The notes under the pieces are model-generated. The model had not been told where the DNA came from and did not search any database. It saw nothing but the letters and a program-made list of their open reading frames with translations. From contig NC_068990.1 of the NCBI RefSeq assembly GCF_001194135.2, positions 88,888,211 through 88,952,210 on the forward strand: 64,000 bases of DNA, read 5' to 3'. This document shows, in pieces, positions 1-13,490 of this stretch; position 1 is the first letter of the stretch, and each line of letters starts with the position of its first letter. A program made the translations under genes and the position numbers. This DNA is from Octopus bimaculoides. Its lineage: Eukaryota.

Positions 1-48
1 CCAACCCATGCTAGCATGGAAAGCGGACGTTAAACGATGATGATGATG
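1..48 (+). mobile_element. 3' tail of RTE-clade LINE, cut by window edge
   Basis: ccaacccatgctagcatggaaagcggacgttaaac(gat)n is identical to the 3' ends at 2123-2174 and, inverted, at 29535-29595. Confidence 0.8.
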
Positions 49-1894
49 AATAAAAAATATATATATAAAACACAAAAGTGGGGAGCAGAGTACTGAAAAA
101 CTTACTTTTTGTCTCCATCCTTCAATAGCCTCAAAAGATTCTCTGTCCACAGTGGAAAATACCAGAATACATATTTGCGCACCTACAGAAGAAATTCGAA
201 AAACAAATAGAATGTTTTTTGCTCCTCATGTGTGTGTGTGTGTGTGTACAAGTGCATATGTGTGCATGTTGTCCATGGGCATAAAGTTGAGAACAGAATT
301 TGTAAACTGGAACTACAACAACATATGTATTTATTATTTACTCTACAAAAGGTATAGTATATATTTTTACTTTGTGTGTTTTTGTGTGTATGCATGAGTG
401 TCTGCTTGTATATTTTAATAGTAGTATGTTTGCAAGTAATCATGAGTAATATAATGAAGACATACACATATCATGTACATGTAGATATGAATTGTGGATA
501 AGCAATTTGGATTTTAAGAGGTTCAGATGACAAGAAACTGAAGAGCCAGGTATTCCTGTCATTCAATTGTTTAGCCTTAAGTCAGCCCAAATTGAGCCGA
601 TAGATGCTCAAAAACGTTTCAACTACAAACATGCTTCTTCGATACTACATTGTCCAAATAGTCTTTCCTTTTTCTATATGTAGATAAGGGATTAAACTTT
701 TGGTTTAAATATCAGGAATTCAAATCCATAGTAATCATTTTGTTCAATCTGTAGACAGAGTTAATATGAAGGGTTACAAGATCATCTGAGAGTGTTATTT
801 CCAATAGATTGGTGATTATCAAGGACTGGCTTAAACAGCTACATTCTCCACGGACACTAAACATCCTAATCATGAGAAGAAAAAAATTTCAGTTGTATTT
901 GGGAAGTAAATAGGTGTTTGAGAGAAAATTACATGTAAGAAATTTAATGAAATATATTATACCTCGATAATATGCCTTAGTGATGGCATCAAATTCTTCT
1001 TGGCCAGCTGTGTCCCACAACATTAAATGTATATTCTGGGTACCTACTCTAAATATAATAAAACAACTTAATAATCAATGTCTTCTTTTTTTAAGAAAAC
1101 TATTTGAGAAAAAAAGATGTTAATATGATGTTTGACTATTTCTGGACAATTTTCTTCATCTTAAATGTTCATCATTGTAAATGGTTCAAGTTTTCAGTCA
1201 ATTTTCTCCAATTGCCTTCAGATGATATGTTCCTAAACAAGGCTTGGCTAGAATTTAAATCAGGAAACTATATTTATTACTGCTGACTACTCGCTCTGCT
1301 GTTTTAACCAGTATTATTTGTCCAGGTGAACTATTAACATGACTACTACACCATGCTCTGACCCAGCTCAGAAATTAACATATATGATATTCAAAGAAAC
1401 AGAAAAAATTTTTTTAATTATACCAACATGAGTGATAATGAACATCAAAGATGAGGAGAATAGTCTTATTAAAAATATAATTTGAAATATTTATGAAGTG
1501 AAGCAAAGATAACATAATTTCAATGACTAATATTTTAATTATTTCATTAGTTCGATAAATATGGGAGAAACTCTGGTCATAATTTGACCTTATAAGACCT
1601 CAGCAGAACACAGAACTCATTGTGTGAACCAAAGTATTCATGAGAGAATCATAAAGTGGATATGTATTTTACATGAGCAGACATTAAAAATCAATAACAA
1701 TAGTAGTAATAATGATGATGATGATTGCTTCTGATTTAGGCACAAGGCCAACAATTTTGAAAACTGGTAGTAGGCGGGATAAGCCAATTCCATTCACACA
1801 AGTAATCTGTGGCTGATTTAATTCTCAATGTTCCCAATCAAATACAACCTTATATATCCTGTTCTCCCAAATGATGATTTGGTGATTTGATACA

Positions 1895-2174
1895 TTTTCG
1901 AGCGAGATCGTTGCCAGTGCCCCTGGACTGGCTTGTGCGGGTGGCACATAAAAGACACCATTTCGAGCGTGGCCGTTTTCGTGCGGGTGACACGTAAAAG
2001 CACCCACTACACTCTCTGAGTGGTTGGCGTTAGGAAGGGCATCCAGCTGTAAAAACTCTGCCAAATCAGACTGGAGCCTGGTGTTGCCATCCGGTTTCAC
2101 CAGTCCTCAGTCAAATCGTCCAACCCATGCTAGCATGGAAAGCGGACGTTAAACGATGATGATGATGATGATGA
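1895..2174 (+). mobile_element. 5'-truncated RTE LINE (3' UTR only) with (GAT)n tail
   Basis: Near-identical to the reverse complement of 29535-29820, which is contiguous across a gap with an RTE RT C-terminus. Confidence 0.8.
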
Positions 2175-5100
2175 CATACATCCAACAATAACAAATGACA
2201 AATTTTACGTTGTAACTATTTCATCTGTATCTCAATCAATCCTTCATCTTAGAGTCAAGTCACTGCACTAATTAAATGACTATACAAACAAGCAATAAAT
2301 CCAAGGATAAACTCACATTATTTGTTTCTCCAAAAAATCAACACCAATTGTCTTCTTATATTCTTGTGTAAATATGCCTTTGCAGTAACGCTGGATCATG
2401 CTAGACTTACCAACACCACCATTTCCAACAACTACAATCTTTATAGAAGTCTCAAAGTCTTCTCCATACATTTTCTAAAATTTCAATCTGGTAATATAAA
2501 AAAAAAATTTAAATAGCTGAAATGAGCTGTATTTAATAATTGTATTAGTATTTCTCAGAACATTTTCATCAGCCTTAGAAAAAAAACATCTTATTTTTTT
2601 CAATTTATCAAATTATTATTAAATTTATTTAAAAAATAATTGTCTGATAAATTTTAATAATTTTTGTAAGATATTCCTTGATTTGAAGAGCTGACAGTTT
2701 ACACTCATCAGTTCCTAACATTGGCACAAAGTTTGAGAAATGTAAGAGAGAAACATTGATTCCAGTATGTGTCTGGGCCAAATCAGTTCAAATGAGGATT
2801 GAACTTGCAACAAAAAGGGAATTATTCTGCAACATGATAAAACAAGGCAATAACAAAGAGGATAAATCTGTCTGAATATACCAAGAACAGCACTTAATAG
2901 TGCTACACGTCAACAAGAAATGCAGGCAACTCAAGTACAATTAAAAATTATCTTAAAATATATGATGTACATCTATGCTATTATCGACCAACAGAGAAAC
3001 CATTTTGTCTGATAATGAGTGCATGTAATATCTCGGCTAATGCACCAGTACACTTTTCAGTGAAATGACCCAATTGCTTTTCAGTTTGCCATTTAATGAA
3101 ATGACTCTCCAAACAATCAAACCAAGATACAAATTCAGCTGTCTGAGAAAATTGGCACTCCCCTCTATACAATAATTACAAATGTCTACATGGAGCCTAT
3201 ATTGAAGAAACTGAATACTTTTCTATGCAGCTATAGAGGGTTGAACAACAAATTTACACTTTATTACCAAGAAAAACTTCAAAAATATCATTCATTCATG
3301 TCAGTAATTCTATAAAATATTACCGTAATTTTTTAAAAAAGTGATTTAATAATTCGTGTAAACATTCTTACACATATAAAGACATTTTTTGGTTTCTGTG
3401 ATTATCTGCTGGGGTAGTTTATAATTAATTCTGTGATAAGTGTATGTGATATTATTGAGTATAACAATCACCATTAATGTAGAATATCAGTTTTAGGTGG
3501 GGGAAAAAATATCAAAACCTGATAATTTTTTTAAAAATCATTTATTTATTGTACATGTATTAAGAAACAGGTACTAGTTGATTTCCACCCAGGTCAGTGC
3601 ACTATTTCTTGCAGAATAGTTAAGAACCCAAACAACTGAAGAAAGCTTCCAGGGAGATAGCCATGGCAGCAAAGATCAGCTCAAGGTAGTTGATAGATCA
3701 CAGAACCTTTCTACAGGCAAATGCTATTTTGGTCCTTGCTGTCGAAAGAGTAAAATGTTGACCTTTAGATATTTGCTGAAGCTACAGAAAAGTCCCTGAC
3801 AAAGCAAATGCCTTAATGAAAAGAAACAGGTTGCAACATCTTTAAATAGCTCCTGCAGTTTCTATTTGAGGAGAAGCATTTCTGATGTTTATTCCATCCA
3901 TTTACCATGTTGTATAACTGGATTTATGTTTGTTTATATGACTACGTAAGTACAACCAACTCAGCTTTTTGGGTATCCCACACTTTACATATGAAATAGA
4001 AAAATCTTCAAAAATACTTGACAGACCACTTCATTTTGGTTTCTGTGCACACTAAGAATGTAGTGATTGGTATATGCAAATAAATTTCAACATAATACCA
4101 TTACAACTGTGACCAACCCATCTTTTTTTAGAATAAAAACTGTTTTTCAAATTCGTACCAACAAAAGTGATGGGCATACCATCTTTTTAAGGCAGCTTCA
4201 ATCATGCTTAGTGTCTTTTGGGTATGGGGAGAATCCACTAGTAAAGATACAACATCAATCTTTCTAATGACAACTCGACCCCCACAAAGATGGTGACTCA
4301 ACGACGAAAAGTCTACAACGGCCAATCACGCGACAATGGTCTCCAGTAAACAATAATACAAAGCTCGTGACTGTGGTGACTCTAACGCCAACAGCGAAAT
4401 TGTCAGTTCACAGTCCGGGTTCACATCCTGAGATCGATGTTACCAGATGAACTTCGCTTTTACTGAAGTCGTAGATCAAAAGGACTGCATCAACCCTGAC
4501 ACCTTAATCCAATCTTATCCTTCTAATTAATAATCCATATAAATTGAATTAAATTTCTTTGAATATTACTTCAATTTTAGCGCCTGTGCAAGAACCAAAA
4601 TTAATCAGAGCGTCAAATATTTATGAGAAATTCGGTGATCCAAACTGTTCTCAAAATGAAAGATCGCTAGAAATTCTTGTTTAGAACTGTAAAGCCTGGG
4701 ATTCGTAACCTTTTTTTTTTTAAGCTCAGGGAAAGTATTCAGCATTTTAAGCTATGTATATACGCGTGTCTATAACCACAGTGTCCTGAACATAGTTTTT
4801 TTTATAATAGTTTCCATGTTTTGTGTGATGTCACTTTAGTTTACAGGTTCCCAACAGTGTCACGGCACACTTGTATATCACGAGGTAATGCTAGGGGCAT
4901 TGCAGAAATTAAATATTTTATAAAACGAGATAACTATAAGCTTAAAGTCTAACTATAAAGTTATGGTAACTGTGCTTCCTTTACTGAATAAAAAACTAAA
5001 TAGTTACGGAAATATATAACTTTATTTTAAATACATTTTTAACTTTATGATGAACGAATTAAGTCAAAATGTTTTTAGCTTGCTTAAGGTGCGTCACAGG

Positions 5101-6913
5101 TAAAACAAGTTTGGAAATCATGGGCTTGCTGTTGCTAAAGAAACATTACGGTTGTTTATAACTTGATACAATTATATAGATATGTTTTTCTTTTCTTTGT
5201 TATTGTATTTCGTTGTTGACTACAGTTGTTATTCTTGTTTTTTTATCGTTTGTTATCTCTTATCGTCTACTTTTGTTTGTCTCTTATTGTCTGTTGACGC
5301 GTGTACTATTGTGTATTATTATTATAGCCTGGCCAACTGTCAGTTAACAACAGGCTCTAGCACATGGTTACTACCATTGAAAACAAATATCTTGAAAGTC
5401 ATTCTAATGATTGTCTATAATTTGATATAATTATTATCACTTTGTTTTTCTGATTTTTTTTCCACAAAGAAATCCCCCTCACCACAACCACTATTATTAT
5501 TATTAGCACTGTCGTCATTAAAATTAAATTAAAAAGAACAATTTACCTTGAATCATATTTGCAATACAGACTCCAGTATTTTCAGTCACTCCCCAGGAAT
5601 AAATGTTTTCATACACAACAGATTACGATGTTTCAGGAGTTAATAGTGTAGACGATAACGTCGCAATGCTATGTATTTAAGAGAGTACCTCAAAAAAAGG
5701 TTAACCACACTGACAAACCATTGTTATACAGCTCGACATGTCAACACAAGTCTTGTCTAACACAACATCTTTTACTCTCAGCATGGTTTCTTGTTTTATA
5801 CTGGTCTTCTTTCATTGCCTTACTTAGCGAGTCTTGTCTTTTCTTTCGTAAAATATTTCTTTTCTTACTTATGTCTTCTTGTTACTTTCTTCTGATTTCC
5901 ATATCGCCCTTTTTAGATTTATTTGTTATCTGTTTTCTTCCTACTTCTTATCGGTTACTATAGAAAAAAATCGTGTTTTATTCATGTATGTATTCATGTA
6001 TTCTCCAGGTGGACTTGGTTTCCTCGTATCAAGATTATTTTTGGCTTCAAGTAATTACAACATTTATAAAATGTGTATATGCCTGTATCCATTAATACAT
6101 GTAAGGTTGTTTTTTAGTCTTGAAATGTGTCCAACCAAGAAGCAGCTGGTCTACAGTAAAAAAGAAAATAAAAGGAGATCCTAATTTGAATTTAAGCAAT
6201 TAATTATCTGTAAGCAGGTACTACAGTATGATATAGTTCAACAGACTGCAGCCATGGCTAAGAAACTTATCTTTCATCAGCACAGTCTATCAAGTTGCGA
6301 GCAAGTACCACAGGGAAGTATTCATGCTTCATGCTTCTGTATCCATTACTGGATAGCCAGTTACGTCATAGTGGGCAATGCTAAACCTGAGCCTAGAAAG
6401 TAACTTGCATAATCAACACAGTGTCTCTTCTACAGTGACACAAGAAATGCTCAGTTTGCGACCCGTTTTGTGGATCCTGCAGTTGACCAACATAGTCGAA
6501 GTTAAATCTGGTAAATAATCGTACTCAAACTTGAGATTTTACCGGTGACGATACAACAATAACCAATGTCATTGTTGTGTATTTCGTTAACTGATAAGTT
6601 TAACTCCCTTTTTCTTTCTTTCGTTCCCAAGTCAGCATTGAATAAGTAGATCTATGATGAAAACATTCAAATTGTGATCATCCAGTCATGTTGCGGACTA
6701 TATACTACCAAGACCATATAATGCAGTATGTCCTTCCCTTTTCAGGCAATAGGGTGTTACCCGAAGGAAATATCAGTTATTTTTAGCATGTTAAAAATAG
6801 TCTATTCCTAGAGAGAAGTAGTTAGAGCAGAGAGAGTTATGTGTTCTGCCCAACTGATTGGCCATCATTACATCATAGCAGAAACTTCAGTTGCGTTTCA
6901 ACAACCCAGTGAG

Positions 6914-7635
6914 TTATAGGGCTTTCCTATAAAGTGTTATCCACCCCTGATTGGAACTCTCCCATATGACATGTACGCATGCTCAGTGACTTGCTTTAAC
7001 AGTTGCAATCAGCTGAATACACATTGCCAGTGACATTTGACATAATTACCCACACTCTGTGGTCAGGATTCTTTTTTTGGTTTGATGTCGGTATCGAAGG
7101 GATTACCAGACGCCGGACAATACAGTGAGAGCAGCTTTCACTCACATCGTGGTATTCGATGCTGTGTACGTGTCTGTCGTGGTAAAATATGCCACTCCTT
7201 AACTGTTGCTTTGCTTTCATCCGTAGCACGAGGTAATTATGTCACTATCTGTGAAATTCGGCAACTTACAAAGATCTTTAGATCAGGCAATACTTCACCG
7301 AGAGGAGATATAAGCTTCTGCTTATTCCTGTCTGAAGTATCGTCCGATACTTCAGACTTATCGTCCGATGAATTTACTTTGTTGACATATCGACAGAATT
7401 TTTATACCTTTCAATCAAGTCCGCCATTCTTCCAGTAATATACTGTCCATATAATCTTAAATATTTCTTTAACTCAGGCACAGTAAGTACTTCGATAGCT
7501 GAATCATCAAGCTGCTTTATATCCATAAGACGTAAAACATTAACAATGGCGTGGGTTAGCCTCCGGAAGTTTAATTATCTACATGGAGCGCCGCCTAGCC
7601 AAGGGAGATAACCTACTTATAGGAAAGCCCTATAA
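6914..7635 (-). mobile_element. Internally deleted TIR DNA transposon carrying a SWIM-finger protein fragment (ISL2EU/PIF-Harbinger-like or Kolobok-like accessory ORF)
   Basis: Perfect 19-bp inverted repeat TTATAGGGCTTTCCTATAA (6914-6932) / TTATAGGAAAGCCCTATAA (7617-7635); GGGC...GCCC core flanked by TATA on both sides. Minus ORF 6996-7229 reads RHVHSIEYH..CIVRRLVIPS..HRVWVIMSNVTGNVYSADCNC, matching the region leading into the SWIM CxC. Confidence 0.7.
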
Positions 7636-10119
7636 GCGATTCACTTATACCTCGTAATAAATTGAGGTTAAAGTGAAATGTAGTGGACTTGAAGGAATAA
7701 CATAAGTACAGAATTTCAGTGGTACCTATCTACAGCTATGTAGACTGGGCTGTTGAGAGTGTAGTATCTTGGCTACGGATAAAGAATACGGATCACCAGC
7801 TCTTCAACTGTAAGCACTAGCGCTATCAACTATGCTAGACGTACAGCACTTTGCTGCAAGCAATGGGAACGTTGTGCAATTAACGAGTGGTCATAGCTCT
7901 CATTTAGTCAATCTCTTATATTCTCTATCTCTCCTTTTCCAATGTCTCTAATTATTGCAGATCGAGCGACTGCGTAGAGGCTCCCCCATAGTGATAGTCA
8001 GCACCCTATTCAAATATGGGCTTTAAGGGCCATTGTAAATGGAAATATCACTGCCGACCCGACAGTAGTTACATTCCAGAGGCCTACAAAGTCTTATTTT
8101 GGCTCTAGTGATAGTAATGATGGTTCGGTAAGTAATTTTGGAAAAGAAGTCAATGATGTAATTGTCTGCCTTATTATTAGATTGGTTAAGCAAACATGAG
8201 CCAACAAGGGGACCTCAACCTGTTAGAAATAGCAACCAACATTTCCACCAAACCACTCTAAACAGACCTATTGTATAATATATTCCAAATGAAACAATAT
8301 CGGAAAAATAAGTCGAGTGAGTCATGGCTTTAACATCTTTAATCAGGAGTCTATGACTGACCGGGAGCTAAGCAACAACAATAACTTGTCTACGACTCTA
8401 TTATAGGCAAGAATACCGTCTCTTTTGTATTAAGAGCAATGCCACAAATAATAGAGTTCTGATAATATGAAGAGAAAAAGGGGTACCATTGTTAGAGTAT
8501 AAACATGGAAGTAGAACATAATATAGAATCAAACGAAATATTCTCTAGTTACAGTTAATATTTATATAAGTTGACGAAAAGAGAAATTATAATTAGTATC
8601 CAACGTTAATAATAACAGTGGAGGGATTTGTTCTTGACATATTTGCAAACTGTTGCTTTTGAAGGTATGAAAGAATGAATGTAGAGCGGTGGGAATGGGA
8701 TTATAAATAGTTTGCAGGGCGGCTTAACTTTGAGATATGTCAGTAGAGTTCTTATACAACAGGAGGTAATTCAGTTCAGCAGAGATATTTTTTCCTCTTC
8801 TTTTCTTTTTTATGATATTCATTTAATGAATGGCAGGTGTAATATGAATAGGCGGTACATAGAAATATGGGAATATATTTCATTTATTGGAATTTTTATA
8901 TCAAATCATAACATGTGTTCATTTTCTGACTGTAGTAATCACAACAATAACCTTAACAACAATAATTTCTAAAATAAGCATAAGGACAAATTTTATGGGT
9001 GAGGTTAGTTGATTAAATCGACTTCCATTATTTGACTGGAACTTTATTTTCGACTTCGAAAGGATGGAAGGTAAAGCTGACCTCGATGAAAATTTCCCTG
9101 GTTAACGATTGTAATAGTTGTTATTCAGGCACTAAACCAACAATTTTAGGAGGAGGGTGTTAGTCGATACCATCAACCCTAGTTTGCTTAAACATATACA
9201 ACTACACACAATCACATACACACTCGTACAGAATCAGAAGTTTCATTGAAGGAAGTAATGCTTCATTGATTTGTTTTGTTTGTGTAACAAATCATTGTAT
9301 CATGTAAACATGTCTTAGTCGGAAGAGAAAGATGGTGATCAAGAATCTTTTGAGGCTTCTGTGACTGGTTGAAAGAAGGGAGGAAGTTAGTCTCCAATTA
9401 GTGACCTGACCTAAATGCTCCAATGATGACGGACTAAATGTTGGTGGTAGATTGGGTGACGGTTTACGTATACTGGTTTTCTACTACGCAAAATAAATAA
9501 ATAAAAATCTTTCTGCAATGGAGCCCATTAATAAAATTAATATATTCTCAAGTATTACACTCGACCATCCACTCAACTAAATGTATTTATGCTTAAGGAA
9601 GAAATTGTTAATTAAATGGATGAAATTTCAGATGGTCTTAATTAATTCTTGAGAAAATGATTGTTATTTGAATACTGTAAGTAAATGGATATACGTCGGT
9701 TTCGACGATGAATATTCAGTTGCTTGATCAGTTGAAATCTCTTCTCATTTAATTAGTGGATATTCCACAAGGTGTGAGATAAAGTGTATGACAAAGCAGG
9801 ATCTTTGAATAACAGGCTTCCAAATAATTTCCACCTACTCGTACACGTATGTATGTGTGTATCTAGTATGGTACAGAAAAAAAAATACAAATGAGTTCTG
9901 AATATTCGTGTTGGGTAAGAGTAGATATATTTGCTATCAAAAAGCTTGATGGAGAACTCATTTCATTTCAGCGGGTTTACTCGCCTGCGCGCACACACGC
10001 ACACGGTGTGTTCGGGTTGAATTTGACAGTTTGCATAAAAAAGAAAAGAAAACACATCCCATCCAAAAGTAAAAGTATTAAAAAATTAAAATAATATCAA
10101 CTAGATTATGGCTGGGAGA

Positions 10120-10835
10120 TAACAGTTTACTCAAAGTAGCCACCTTCAGATTCCACCACGGTCTCAAGACAGCTCTGGTGCATGCGTTCCTCACTGTGCC
10201 CTTGGGACAATCTTCGAACACGTTGATCTTGGCCACCAGCTTCGCCTTGGTGTTGCAAATAGAGCGGTTGGTGTCTTTCTCAACACATTGTAATCCATAG
10301 GATTACAATCGGGAAAATTAGAATGCCAAACAACCACTGTTGACGCTTACCGGAGGCTTCGCAAGGAGCTGAATTCTGCTGCTACACATTGCCTTCTAGC
10401 ATCAACCTTCATCCATGGTTTGATTATAGACTCCTGTAGCTTCACATAGCGGTCTGAATTGAGCCTAAAGCCCTGTTCAAAGATACGGAGCGGTATGACA
10501 TTACCATTACAAGAGATACATCCAAAGACCATCACAGTTTGGGGGAGCTTGGTTTTCATGATACATGGGACATCACATGGATTGCAGGCAAGCTACCCGT
10601 CGTTCTGAGTGTTGTGCAACTGGCCCTGGCAGAAGTTTTTTTTTTTTTTTTTCATTTTAGAAGAACCAGATATATCCCTGGCTCATCTGGATGCTTTAGA
10701 TTGTTCAGGAGCTTCTTTGTCTTCGTCAACTAGTTCTCCTTGTCCTTGGCTCTCAGATTGTGTCCCTTGTGTTTCTTGTACGAGCGGTAGCGAAGGTTCT
10801 TATTCGGCGTCTGCAGTTCTTTTGTCTCATGAAAA
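10120..10835 (-). mobile_element. Degenerate Tc1/mariner-superfamily transposase, DD37D (maT)-like
   Basis: Minus-strand translation with stops and frameshifts: LRYRSYKKHKG..AKDKEN*LTKTKKLLNNLKHPDEPG..KNFCQGQLHNTQN..MKTKLPQTVMVFGCIS..RLNSDRYVKL..IKPW..DCNPMDYNVLRKTPT. Confidence 0.75.
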
Positions 10836-11528
10836 CTATTTTTTCTTTAATGGAGTGCTAATTCATTATTTTACCTTTATTCGTCTTTGATGTTGAAATA
10901 TATGCCACCGGTCACTGAGTTATTTCCGTTAGCTAATTCTTGTTACACACACACGTGCACGCACGCACGCACGTAAACAGTCATTGCTGTAAACTTGATT
11001 GTTCTCTCATAGGTGCGCGAAGAAAATGATTCTTCGATTACATTAAAACTTTGATCAAAACATTTTCAATATTTGGGCATCGTAGAAACCTCTCGTGTAT
11101 ACATAACTAATCAGTATAAATAAGCCAATAAATAAATATTTATGAAAATAGCCTTTTCTTCTCTTCTATGTGAACAGGGAGGGTCAGTGCGTCAATAATA
11201 TACGCGTTTCCCACGGATAATTGACGATAAAAAACAAAAAAAAAAACAAAACATAACTTTTACTCTACTCTGAGCGGTCCTATTAATGAAGCCGAATGAC
11301 ATTTGACCGATTTTTTAATATTTATATTCTGATGTGTGTTTTTTTTTCTTGCGTTTTACTTTACTTAATTCACTGTTTGATCAATCGGGACGCTATAAAA
11401 TAGACGTGAAGTCTATTTTATAGCGCGCCTTGCCATTAATGTACGTATACGATGGTAATTCAAAAATCAAACGCACTCTTATTTCTGTATTTTAGTAAAA
11501 CAAAAGCAGGGGCATTTTTCGAAACTAA

Positions 11529-11932
11529 GAGAGATGGAGATAAGGTTAATAAAGATTTATTAATACATTGACAAGACCTACAATTGTTTCAATTCATCGC
11601 TTATAGTATAAAATAAATCAAATTTAATTTAATTTAATTTAATCAATTTGGTTAATTATTACAAACCAAAATATCACCAGGGAAGAACGTACAAAGAATT
11701 TATATATATCATATTTAAAACATAATGAAAACATTAAATGATCAAACAGGAAAAATACAGTGTACCATTAAAATTAATACATAATATTAAAATATATAAA
11801 GTTATAAAAATAGCTATTGTAATAAATTGATATAAATAACAATTAGATTTGGTTGATTTTATACTATAAGCGATGAAATGAAACAATTGTAGGTCTTATC
11901 AATGTATTAATAATCTCATCTCCATCTTCTCT
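11529..11932. repeat. Inverted repeat (about 100-bp arms) around an AT-rich spacer containing (TTTAA)n
   Basis: ttaatacattgacaagacctacaattgtttcaattcatcgcttatagtataaaa (about 11560-11615) versus ttttatactataagcgatgaaatgaaacaattgtaggtcttatcaatgtattaa (about 11857-11912). Confidence 0.8.
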
Positions 11933-11962
11933 CTTGGTTTATATACATACATACATACATAC

Positions 11963-11994
<32 letters not shown>

Positions 11995-12940
11995 CGGAAT
12001 TTTTTCCGGAATTTTCCCCCTCTATCTGACGAAGAACCATGCACGAAACGTCGCACCCGTTCTATTTTTACATCTTAAACTTTCTCTGAGCGTCAGTCTA
12101 ACGCATTCACTGTGTACCTCTTTTTGACTTTTGTTGCTTTTCCAATTCTTTAAAAATTTGCGCGCGCGTGCGCGTCTGTGTGTGTGTGTGTGTGTGTGTC
12201 CTTAATAGTTTTTCCAGTCATTCGAATAATGTCTTTTACCACTTAAAGGTTACCAAAATTACTACTTAAACCAGCAAAAAAACCTGCCCCTAAGAAGCAA
12301 AAACAATAGTAAAAAAGAATAGCTGCCAAATCTCCCTCTAATTATGCACAGCTGTATGTAGTTTGCAAGTGTTAATTGAACATCTTTTTCGCTATCTTTT
12401 AAAATTCATAAGTGGTAATTAAGCAATAGCCTACAATTTTATAATTTTAAACAAACGAAAAGTATGAAAAATTCTTGATTTTGTAATTTGATTATTTGAC
12501 TATTAGTGCATAAAGTAAACAAGCAACCACTCAAAAACTTTCTGTGACAATGTAATTCGAAATGGCCAGGCCTATCCTGGATACATTATGTCTATATGAA
12601 AGACAGGATGGGCACGGCCGGAACACGTTAATTGATAGATTTGTTTGATTAAGAGTGACTACGGGCTGGCTGTGAAAAGCAAGGACAAATTAAATGATAT
12701 AGTCTTAAATATATTGTGTGAATAAAAGACGAGATGGTTATCTTTTGGTACATCTGTCATTATAGAGATGAATGATTATGGCTAACCTAGGGCTAAACAA
12801 CATCAATAACTAGAACCGGTGAAAATAGATGATTCTGCACACTGGGGGAAAAACTACAAAAAAAAAAAACACTCAGAAATCACCTCTCCTCGCAAAGCAC
12901 GAACTTTTCTAGATATTATGAATGTTATTAGTTATAAACT

Positions 12941-13111
12941 GGTACTACTAAAGCAGCACGGTCCCGAACGCGCAGTCGCGCTAGCTAGTCGTGAGTGGTC
13001 GACCCTAACCCTATCCCTAACCCGCGTGTGCAAATGAATACGTGTTTAGGGTTAGGATCGACCACTCACGACTAGCTAGCGCGTTCGGGACCGTGCTGCT
13101 TTAGTAGTACC
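12941..13111. mobile_element. 171-bp MITE, Merlin-like (or Mutator-like), with internal CCCTAA/TTAGGG repeats
   Basis: TIRs of about 60-70 bp beginning GGTACTACTAAAGCAGCACGGTCCCGAACGCG (left arm has an 8-nt insertion). Exact 9-bp TSD TTATAAACT at 12932-12940 and 13112-13120. Confidence 0.85.
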
Positions 13112-13490
13112 TTATAAACTATTGGTATGTACATGTATATTCATGGTGATTGACAATCTGCGGCCGCAATGCTTCACTTCAGTCGCAGTACTGGACGATG
13201 TCACTGGCGGCAAAACACGAAAAATATTGGAAACACAACGGTAAACACAGCATTCACATTTTAATTGCGTACCAAATAACAACACAAACCCAAAGGCCAA
13301 ATAAAGGCAGCATGTAACCTTGCAACCAAACACTGACTAAAGGTAATATTACAGTTAGAGACCAGCAGACCTTCGAAACACGACTGTCTGGGAGTTAAAA
13401 CTTAGTTGACAGTAAAAATATACACGCATATGATGCAAATGGAACTATAATTGATGAAACAACAAAGCCAAAAGCGAGAACTTAGTAGAT

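Noticed and set aside
152-467. Many ORF-track entries rich in [12 protein letters not shown] or X (e.g. 152-467, 48420-48801, 54102-54673, 61964-63870)
   Set aside because: These are translations of TG/TA/CA microsatellites or N gaps, not genes.
4128-4325. Protein-looking minus ORF (AVVDFSSLSHHLCGG...)
   Set aside because: No recognisable family, non-ATG start and no convincing splice partners.
5545-5640. Possible minus-strand first exon ending ATGATTCAAG|GTAAAT
   Set aside because: No downstream in-frame exon could be identified in 1-5500.
10609-10890. Plus-strand Ser-rich ORF after a poly-T acceptor-like site
   Set aside because: It is the antisense of the DD37D transposase relic.
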